DNA from: Chrysomallon squamiferum
Taxonomy: Eukaryota; Animalia; Mollusca
DNA: 64,000 bases
NCBI GenBank assembly: GCA_012295275.1
Contig: CM022679.1
Coordinates: 10,974,001-11,038,000, forward strand
Direction of reading: 5' to 3'
Every line of letters begins with the position of its first letter. Within the stretch, counting starts at the first letter, position 1. Positions 53,771 to 64,000 of the stretch are shown one piece after another. Below the pieces are notes generated by a model. The model worked only from the letters and a program-made list of their open reading frames with translations, was not told the DNA's origin and made no database searches. The position numbers were made by a program, and so were the translations under genes.

Positions 53771-56700
53771 ATAGAGGATGTGACAAGAGTATTTGAAAAG
53801 AAAAAAAAAGAAATGTTTGGGTGGGTGGAGAGAGAGAGACGGGGCAGCAAAGTCTACAGACGTGTTGTCTAACCAGCACACTGAACTTGTCATATGATCT
53901 GCATCGCCATGTGCTGCCACTATGGCTGCTGCTGTTGCTGTTATTGCTGGCATCCTTGGGAATGATGTGTGGGTGGGGACTGTAGGGGGCTAAGAGAGAC
54001 AGTGGGGGCGGAAGGCTCTTCAGCTGCGGTGTCACATTAAACTGACATCGTTGTGAGTCGCTATGCTACTGTTGTTGTTGTTTTTTTTGTTATTATTATT
54101 ATTCAAGTTGTATTGATCCGTAGCAGAAGATGCTGACATGTATGAAAAACTGCTTACACTCGTCACGTAAGTGTTTGTCTTTATTTCGGCTAGACACCAT
54201 TGTTGGTTATGACACGTAATTTGCAGCCAGTAGCGTCCAATTACTTGAGTAATTTCAATTTTTAAGAATTTAGATCAGTGGTAGGACTGGTGCATGCATG
54301 TGTGTGTGTATGTGTGTGCGCTAATGTGTGTGTGTGTGTTAAAGTGTTGCTATTAATATGAATGTTTTTAATTCATTTTGATATCTTTTTAAATTTATAT
54401 TTATTTGTTTTTTTTATAAAAAAATTATTTTCTGTTTATTATTATTTGCAATTATTATCATTAATTTTATTATTATTCATTTTTTCATAATTTTCATACA
54501 TTGTGAAAACTTTAAAAAAAAATCTTTGCAGTCACACATTAAGAAAACATAATGCTCAGCTGTTATTATTAATTCATTATTGTTAACTGGTCAAAGTTTG
54601 AAAATAATACTAATAATACTACTACTAATAATAATAGTAATAGTAATTACAATAATAATGATAATAACAAGTTATATTAATAATGTTAATAAAAACAACC
54701 ACAGCCACCTTGAAGTACTACTACTACACCACAATAATAATAATAATAATAATAATAATGATGATAATAAATAAATAAATAAATAAACAACAGGGCTAAA
54801 TCCACAGCAATCAATTCCGTTCATTCATTAAATGTGTTACAATTAGCAATCACTGTCCCATGATATATCAGATTTTAAGTTACCCCTGGCCATGTAATAA
54901 TAATTTAAAAAGTCACAGTGTAAGTATTAAATGTCTAAATCAGTGTTTATTATTCTGACCTTTATGAATGGAGATGGCAGTTCCCACATTGCTGTTGGGG
55001 GCCTACCGTATCACAGTATTCGAGGAATTATCACTAAATTATAGAGTTTGTGGGAAAAGTGCTTTTGCACAGGAAATACCAAGGAATCCTGCATTTCTTC
55101 ACTGTCAGGGAGACTGGGGAAGCTGGGAAAATGAGTAGTGTGCTCTTAAGTGTTTCCACTTTAACATGGGGGGGAGGGAGGGAGGACACATGTTGTGACC
55201 TTCATTTTGTTGATGATTTTTTTTTTGGGGGGGGGATTTTAAAAAACACTTTTAAAAGTTTATTTAATCCTGGCCTTTATGGTGGTTTGTGGTTAAGTAA
55301 TAGATAGTGTAATAGTTTTATTATTATTATTATTGTTTTTTTTTTTGTTTTTTTTTATTAATTTTTTAAATTTAATTTTTAATTGTCTGAATTTGTCTTA
55401 TTATTTTTAAATATTTATTTATTTATTTATTTAATAATTGGGAAAATGTATATTAAAGTAATTAAAAAACAAACCAATAGGATGTCAAACATGGAGAAAT
55501 ATGGAGATATATATATATAGATAGATAGATAGATACATATATATAACTAATAATTCTGTCAAGTCAGCACTGTAAATTGTGCTATATCAGTACTCACCTG
55601 AGAATAATTAATATAGGAATGCAAACATGATAGCTATTTCCTTCTCTAACAGGTTTTTTTTATCATTATTATATCTCTAACCTGCTTTAATGACATTTTT
55701 GATGGATAAATTCATATGATTTATATGGTGTATAGCATTTGCTGAATTTATGAAGCTTAAAAGTATGTATTACATTCAGCCTTATTTGTTCTGCATTTGT
55801 AGATAACACTTACATATATATAATGTGTGTGTTCTGTACAGATATGAGTAGATCATAACTTGGTATTAAGACATGGCATATGATCAGTATGTTTGTTGTT
55901 GTTGTTTTTCATTTAGTTCATGGATTTTTTTCCCATTCCACCCTTTGGCACATGCTATGTTAAAGATCATTGTATATGAGAAAGGAGGTACATACAAAAG
56001 ATTCCATTACTATTTCTTAATACAAATAGCTAAATGTGTCTACAAAATGTTTCCTTTGCTACATAATTGCTTAAATTACAAGAACAAAAACAACGACAAA
56101 AGCTGATTATTAATAAAATGTATTGAGAAATCATTAAATATTTTTCTTCATTCTTAAGAGAAAAATTAAATCATGCTCTTGCATTTCTTGGTTTTAAGAA
56201 AGTGTCAATGGTTAAAAGACTCCTTTTGTTAATATAAATTTGATATAACCCTAAGAAATTAAAACAAACACTTGATAATAATTAAAACCTAACATTATTT
56301 AATTAATACTTATTCGTACAAATTTAGAATAACCTAAAGAAATAAATAAAAATACTGCTAATGATAACTGTTTTGTTTATGTTAATATTTATGGCCTAGT
56401 GCAGGCGATGGGAATTGAACCCCTGATCTGTCAAGTCTGATGACCTGACCAGACATGGCCTGTCTTTGTTTCTCTGGTAATAAATTTCTTTTCTGCATTA
56501 CACCCAATGTTATTCATCAATGTATTGATTTCTCGGCTAATGGAACTTCAATGGAACAGTCAATGATTGCTTACAATTGAGTGAAAAGTGAAACAGGTAG
56601 AGAAGATAATGTGTGGTTAAATAATGTGCAGCATTTTGTTATGTCACAGTGCATTAATACTTGGATGAGAAAGAAAGCCAATGAACCCATTTGTCTGTAT

Positions 56701-57218
56701 TCTTCGACACGGTACATCATTAATTACAAAAGATCCATATATAAACACACTTGGTTTCCTCATACATAATATTATCTTAAAGAAAAAAACACCATTAACA
56801 CTAACTAATAATAAATGATTAAAATGTGTTTCTTACAGAATAGGTTTTGTTGAAGTGTGATTGACACCCCTCCCCAAAAAGTATATACAATTACAATTAT
56901 CTCCCTTATCAGAGCTATTCATTGTTAAAGACACTGCTACAGTCCAGTGAAACATAATACATATAAAAAAAAACAACTACCAAATTAAAAATGTATAAAA
57001 TGTGGTTAACAATAATTTATCATTAATAACAGCTCAACAATATCATACTCAATTAAATTTTTGAGGCTTATTCCCTTTAAAAAAAAAGACCTTGCTTTTG
57101 GCAGTATATGAGTATATCTAAAATAACTATAATATATAATCCATGAAAAAAAAAAAAAAAAAAAAAAAAAACCATAAAGAGAAACTTTTATTTGTGGTAA
57201 GAATATCTTTGTGGACAT

Positions 57219-57276
57219 TGTGTTTGAATGCAGATCTTACTTCTCAGTGTGTTTGAGTGCAGATCTTACTTCTCAG
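57219..57276. repeat. 29-bp tandem duplication with one mismatch
   Basis: tgtgtttgaRtgcagatcttacttctcag twice. Confidence 0.95.
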
Positions 57277-58689
57277 TACTGTAGCATCAGACTTGTTTAA
57301 TATTTAAAAAGCCAAAGACAGATGGTCGAAGGCAGACAGGACAGTGACTGACATACTTGAACTGTATGTAAGTAGATTACCAGCAGAGAGGTGACTAATT
57401 CGAAAATGAAGTTTTGAAAAGGAAATGCTGCACCATTGTCCTTGACCAGTTCAGCTAAGAGTACCAGTTGTATCATTCCCCTGTCTCACCCCCCCCTTCC
57501 CCCTGTTATCCAGCGATACTTTTCCTTATGAACTGGCTTTTCTCATTAATTGACTATTTCCTGTGTTACCAGTTTCATTCCCCCCTTTGCCAGTTTTCAC
57601 TCCTGACTCCAGTCATTTAGCAGCGTATGAAACTGCTATTTAATGATTTAGTAATAAAGGAACACGTTCTGGTGACTAACTGTGTCTGCCATAAATAAAT
57701 TATAATTGGCCAAGAAGGAAGCTTTGCTGGTAATGTTCTAATGGTTTGGCTCCAATGTCTTTCCAGTTGTAGGCGGGCGAGTGGTATTTTTGTCAACACC
57801 ACTGATCTCAGAGAGTACAGGAAAGCACCATTTTGTGTAACACACTGACCAACTTGCATATCCTTTATTAGTATTTATAGCTCATGTCATGCCATTTACG
57901 CATGCAATAAATTGCGGATTTTTAAAAATATTGTATTTGTTTACATATAACTGGGTTGTTGTTTTTTTGTTCAGATATTAACTATAATGTATGTAGCTAT
58001 TCAGCTACTGTAATGATCTATTTAGATGTCTGGGATTTCAATTAAGACAGTGGCATTAACCTTATACTGTTTACAAAATCATCCTAAAATATAATTATTT
58101 TTCTTTAAAAATTACATATTTTATTTTGAGCTGTACTGCACTACACCAATACCTTTCCTTAAAAAAAATTGTATTATTATTATTATTATCATCATTATCA
58201 TTATTGTTATTACCACCATCATCATCAGAATCATTGTTATCAGTATTATTATCATCAATGTTGTTGTTGTTTTGGGGATTTTTTGGGGGGGGGTTTGTCA
58301 AAAAAAGAAACTTTTATTGCTGCTAATAAAACATGGATGGTACAGAACTGCAACAAAACAAGAGACCAGCCTTTGACCTCCTCCTTCCTGTCTATCTGGG
58401 GAAACTCGGTGCTAAACTAGATAAATTTTATTTTGAGGGTCGCCAAGTCATTCACATTTTACATAACTCACAGATCAGAGTAGAAGAGGAAGTTGTGTTT
58501 TAAAAAAAAAAAAAAAGTGGTGTTGTTTCTGTCTGGGCCACATTGACTTACTTTCGTCGTAGATGTTAAATGACTGCAGCATATGTGTTGGTGGTGGTGT
58601 GTGTATAAAGATATTTCCACTTACAACAGGTTGTTAAAGAAAATTATCTCATAGCTGGATTGGAATAAGAGGGGTGTGGGGGAAAAAAT

Positions 58690-58900
58690 GAAAAGAACAA
58701 AAAGAAATTTCCGTCTTATTTAAAAGATTGTTATTTCAAAAAGAAAAGTTTCCACTGAAATAAATTTCAAAAGAAGAAAAATTTCCATTGAAATACGTTT
58801 TTAAAAAGAAGAAAAGTTTCCATTGAAATGGATATTTTAAGAGAACAAAAAAGTTTCCACTGCAGTGGTTTTAAAATTAGCAGAAAGTTTCCACTTACAA
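58690..58900. repeat. Minisatellite, about 34 bp unit, 5-6 copies
   Basis: Recurring aaaagaagaaaagtttccaYtgaaat. Confidence 0.85.
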
Positions 58901-58905
58901 AAAAA

Positions 58906-58961
58906 GGTATGTGCTTTCCTGTCTGTGGGAAGGTATAAATAAAAATATCCTTTACTGCTAA
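58906..58961 (+). mobile_element. SINE core fragment
   Basis: ggtatgtgctttcctgtctgtgggaagg...aaaatatcctttactgctaa is parallel to 62147-62187 and about 34167. Confidence 0.6.
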
Positions 58962-59476
58962 CTGAAAACATCCAATTGATGACCTGATTTTAATGTGGAA
59001 GTGATTTCAGTTTGTGTTGTAAAGCAGATATCAAGTTTATGTTCAGACACATTGAAAAAAAAAAATAAAAATTAATTTGCAGAAAGTAAAAACACCATTC
59101 TCAACATTTATACTGATGTTAATGGTTCTTCCGTTATTTTAATCAATACTTGTTTATTACTTTTTAAATGTTATTTTAAAGCTTAGTGAAAAATTTTAAT
59201 TTATTTATTCTTGTTCATTTTCTTCTAAAACTTATACTTATTCTACTTCTACTTCTTGTGCTACTATTGCTTCTCTTTCTATTACTTTTGAGAACCTTGT
59301 TCTATTTCATCTAATTCTTGTTCTACTAATAATTATTCCTATATTTAATTTGTTATCATTGCTATACAACTATTTCTGTTTTTATTCTCCTACTTCTAAT
59401 TCTTCTTCCATTTCTTCTTGTTCTTTATGCTTTTATACTATTTCCACTTTTTTCTTTTCTTTTTTGATACTAAAAT

Positions 59477-59518
<42 letters not shown>

Positions 59519-59979
59519 ACTCTCTCTCTCTCTCTCTCTCTCTCTTGAATAAAAGCATCAACAGCTATCAGTAATTAGCCTGTGGCTATTAAAGTATATA
59601 TAAAAGCTGAAATGTCGCTGTGTGTTGGGACATGTGTGTGTGATTTGGGTGCTCTGCCGTGACAGGTGGAATTGGTTCACAATGCCACTGCCGCTCGGTT
59701 ACTTGATCACTCTGCAGCTCTTACAGCCGTCTCTGTGCACCAAACAGGAAGTATCTGTTACTCAAGCTTTTTGTCAGTCTTGTTTTCTATTCGCACTCTT
59801 GTCAGGGTGCTTTTTTTTTGTTTTTTTTGTGTGTGTATTTGTTTTTGACGTAATTCTTTTACTCTTGTTTTTGGACTTTTTGATTTTAATTTTGATTGTA
59901 AAATCGTTGATTTGTAAAGAACATGGTTTTTGACAGGTTAGAACTTGGTGTATGATTAGAGAACACATGCTCAGCAGTA

Positions 59980-60088
<109 letters not shown>

Positions 60089-62044
60089 TGTGTTTTTATA
60101 TGCTTGTGAATCTTGTATGGAGTGCATCATTTTGTGTAGCAGTCAAGAAATGTTAAAATTTCTTGATAACTACAAAATTTATTGAATTTTAAAATGTCAC
60201 AAAACTTTATTGAAGATAATATTTCACTAGTAAAAAAAAAAAAAAATATTAAAATTTTACTGCACATAGAAGGAAAGACATAAAATACATACAAGATAAA
60301 TACAAAATATATTACCACATATAAATGTACAAACATGACATCTATTACTGTATGTATATATTTGTCAAAATGAGACGAATAGATTTTAATGCAACTGCTA
60401 AATAAGAACTGATTATTATGAACAGATGAATAAACCATGGACAAATTCACACACCGTATCTGCACTCATCTGTATTTTCATTTGGGATAATAAATATGTT
60501 CTTTCCATGTATGCATATTCTTGCATATATACATATATACCAATTCCAGGCTTATTACTGAGGATTATGCATTTTCATAGCATGGAAGGATAATAGAATA
60601 TGTTCTTTAATTTTTTTGAATACTGAGTTTAAATTATACAGTTCTCTACTAAAACTGGAGGAATTACATTTTAAGCAATATTCTACATAAAGTAAAATGT
60701 GTTTTAACAAAACATAAATCATTTCTTGCTAATGCCACAGCACATTTACTAGTTAAACATGCAATTATTAGATCAGTGCATCTTATTCTTGTAATGGATA
60801 ATACTGGAGAGAAAGGTTTTGCCACAGTCACACAAGTTATTTTGAAACAGTTAGAAACATAAGAGTGTTTAATGACAGGACAGAACATACCACTGACTTT
60901 GATACATTTGTTGTTTGAGCACCACCCAGAATGGAAAATACATCTACAAGTTAAACATCTACAAAGTTCATTTAAACAAATTGTGTTTTAAATAATTCAT
61001 GACAGTAAGTGTTTGTATCATGTACATTTATTTAAGATTAACAATGTAATGTAATATAACCTTTAATATTGCATAATAGAACATAACATAATATAATTCA
61101 ATATAGTTCAATATAATATAGTATAATGCAATTAAATAGACTACAATACAATACAATATAATATAATACGACATAACATAATGTAATAAATAATACATAA
61201 ACAATGTTGCACTTACAACAGTTTTGTTTTTTATTATTATTACTAGACAAGAATGAATTAATGAAGTGCATGTCACATTACCAGACTTATCTGAGGATCA
61301 ATACATTTGTTTTATCAGCTTGTGAGTGTCTTAGCAGTGTGTGGGTGAGGAATAAACGAGTGTAATTGCACACACGTTATAGTCACTACATTTATATAGA
61401 AACATGTGTTACAGACATGAAATAATTTGTTATTTTAAAACCATCTTTAGAGCAACTTTATATTACACATGTACAGACACACATACACACATACACACAT
61501 ACACACACACACACACATATACATCCCCACACAACCTAAGCATTGATACATACATTCGTACATATGTCAATAAACACACACACACCTATGCATTCATATG
61601 TACATACGTGTACATATGTGAATAAATACACACACACACACACATACACACATTCACACATAAGTACTCGCCTACATGCATGCATGCATAATACGTCCAC
61701 ACCACATACACTCTCCTGTTTTTGGAGGCATGTATTCAACAATCTGATTAAAAAACATGGACAGATGACATTTCTAATATTTTTATGTCTATTCACAGTG
61801 ACATTATAAAAACTGCATAGATTTCCAAGACAAAATGCACTTTTAAAGTTTTATTGTCTCTGATGTAAATAATCAAACCATGAAACAGGACTCCCCACCA
61901 TCATCAACGCCCCCCCAGCCTGAGCTATTGTTTGTGGGTAACCTTTGATCCTTTTGTATCCTGTTACAGTGCAGAAAACAGATACACTAAACATTCTGAA
62001 TCTGTTACACTGGGAGAAGGCTGAGTTCACTGGTTGTAACACAA

Positions 62045-62187
62045 GACTGAGGTGTGATGGAATGTAGGATCAATTCTGCTAACTGCCACTGTGGAACTTT
62101 TCCTGGTTTCAGCTAGTGACTTGTGATTTATTTGTAAAAGGTTGTGGTATGGTCTTACCTATCTGAGAAGTGCTCATAAAAGATCCT
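62045..62187 (+). mobile_element. SINE 5' half
   Basis: ggtgtgatgg..gtaggatcaatt...cagctagtg...aaaggttgtggtatgg...cataaaagatcct has the same block order as the other copies. Confidence 0.6.
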
Positions 62188-62284
62188 ATGTGTTTGTTTT
62201 CTTTCCAGTATTTGTCTGTTTTTGAACATGTGTGTGTGTCTGTCTGTGTATATGTATATATATATGTGTGTGTGTGTAAGTGTG

Positions 62285-62321
<37 letters not shown>

Positions 62322-62905
62322 ACCCTAAAATCCATTACATCTTGCATTATGCTTGGCAAATAACTTAAAATTAGTGACAAAGTATGTTCTATTACATCAC
62401 ATTTTCAACATGCTCGTCCTTCATTCCTGGAAGAACTAACTTCACATTACTGAAAAATATAACGTGTTTAATGTCTGTTTCAGATGTCACTTTGTTTTAT
62501 ATGAACCATTAAACTATCACAAACATCTCCTGTTTGACAAAAATGTTTCTCAAAATTAACATATTAAATTTATTTATTACATAAATTTTATTCTTAGATA
62601 AATGATGATTTTTTTTTGGTTTCATTCTTCAAGACTTTCACATATTACAGTTTTCTTAGCTGATTTAATTTTTTTTTTTTTTTTTTTTAATTATTTTAAT
62701 TTTAATTTTTCTTGTTGACATTTTATTTTATTTTCATTAGGCTGGGTAGAAGGAAGACAACTTTGATAAACCTGAATTATATTCTTGATATTTTTTTATA
62801 TGTATACTTCATCAAAATGTAGTAAAATCTTTATACTCTCAGTATAATATAAGAGTTACTTACACAATTCCACTACTACATTTTCAAAAAACATCATATA
62901 CATTT

Positions 62906-62990
62906 TCCCATCTGTGTAAATGTAAAAGATTCCTTGCTGCTGGTCACTAAAAGTAACCATTGTGTTGGCAGCAGTGGGTTGCTCATCTCA
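62906..62990 (+). mobile_element. SINE core/3' fragment
   Basis: aaaagattccttgctgct...aaagtaaccat...ggcagcagtgggtt matches the 34167-34230 block. Confidence 0.6.
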
Positions 62991-63262
62991 CATCATCATT
63001 ACACTAAAACACTGGTATAATATATAACAATCATCTGTCAATGACAGAATGTATTGAATATTTCTTAAATATTCATTCATTGCTTTGTTCTGTCTAGTTC
63101 AGTCTCATGGATCATGTTGTTTTATAATACGTTTTTTCTAAAAAATAAGTAAATTTCTCAGGTTCAATAATATTAAATTATACATTAAAAAAGATGACAA
63201 AACAATTTTATTATTATTTTTCTTACTATAAAGTGTTCCTTTGATGGTTCAAATGAATAGTC

Positions 63263-63293
<31 letters not shown>

Positions 63294-63798
63294 TGGCTGC
63301 ACTACCATAGTTTTTATCTGTTATATATATATAAAAAAAATTATTATAGTTTATTATTAATTAAGACTGGATGACAAATTACCTAACCTGCAAAAATGCA
63401 GAATATATTTAGGCAGTTTTTTTCAAATCGCAAAAAGGTCCACTTTAATTATTCAAATAGTAGGAGAGAGAGAGACCTGTTTTATCATAACTGAAGCTTT
63501 GAAATACTAAACCAATTACTTAATAGTGAATCTGAATGTCTGCCAATGTTTTAACATTTCTGCTACATGTACCAGGACCCTGTGAATGTGTTCCTATCAA
63601 GAAGAAAACGAGATAGTGTTCTTAACCTTTTTCATGTCAACACTTAATGATATTCCAATACTGATTCAATTGTTTTAGTTTATAAAAGGAATACGAATAA
63701 GGAGATGGTTTACAGACAATTATATCAGAAAACTGAAAGGTAGGTGTTTGTGTAATTATATATATTGTTTATCATGTGTGAGTATGTGTGTCTGTGTC

Positions 63799-63868
<70 letters not shown>

Positions 63869-64000
63869 GTGTAATGTTTATAAAAACTTTAAAAATATAA
63901 TATTCTTCAGCATTATAATTTATAATTCAGTTCTTTTAATATTTGACTACATTATGTTTCAAAACTAAAAGATCATTTTACTACACTGAAATAGACTTTC

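Noticed and set aside
58690-58900. CRISPR-like periodicity
   Set aside because: The units are degenerate and adjacent without unique spacers, there are no cas genes, and the context is eukaryotic; it is a minisatellite.

Overview
AT-rich, microsatellite-dense animal genomic DNA. The SINE-like repeats suggest a gastropod mollusc, which is an inference from recalled repeat motifs. The only confidently identifiable protein-coding gene is the 3' part of a spliced ZIP11/SLC39A11 (GufA-type) metal transporter on the + strand: five coding exons between 527 and 9322, with GT-AG introns in matching phases. None of the supplied six-frame ORFs looks like a real gene; most are microsatellite or low-complexity translations. 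CpG is scarce from 1 to about 20.2 kb and after about 37.3 kb, but common in between. The CpG-rich block holds two promoter-like regions (about 20.8 kb and 29.2 kb) and several enhancer-like motif clusters, including a consensus DR5 element; a perfect DR4 lies in ZIP11 intron 4. A second + strand gene appears to start near 29.2 kb. It has a uORF-rich leader, an exon at 36751-36992 and several candidate alternative first exons ending in phase 2. Its conserved coding exons are not visible here, so it cannot be named. The rest is intron-like sequence with degraded SINEs, MITE-like inverted repeats and minisatellites. I see no CRISPR array, tRNA or rRNA, and no firm evidence of a wholly new system; the leads below are hypotheses.
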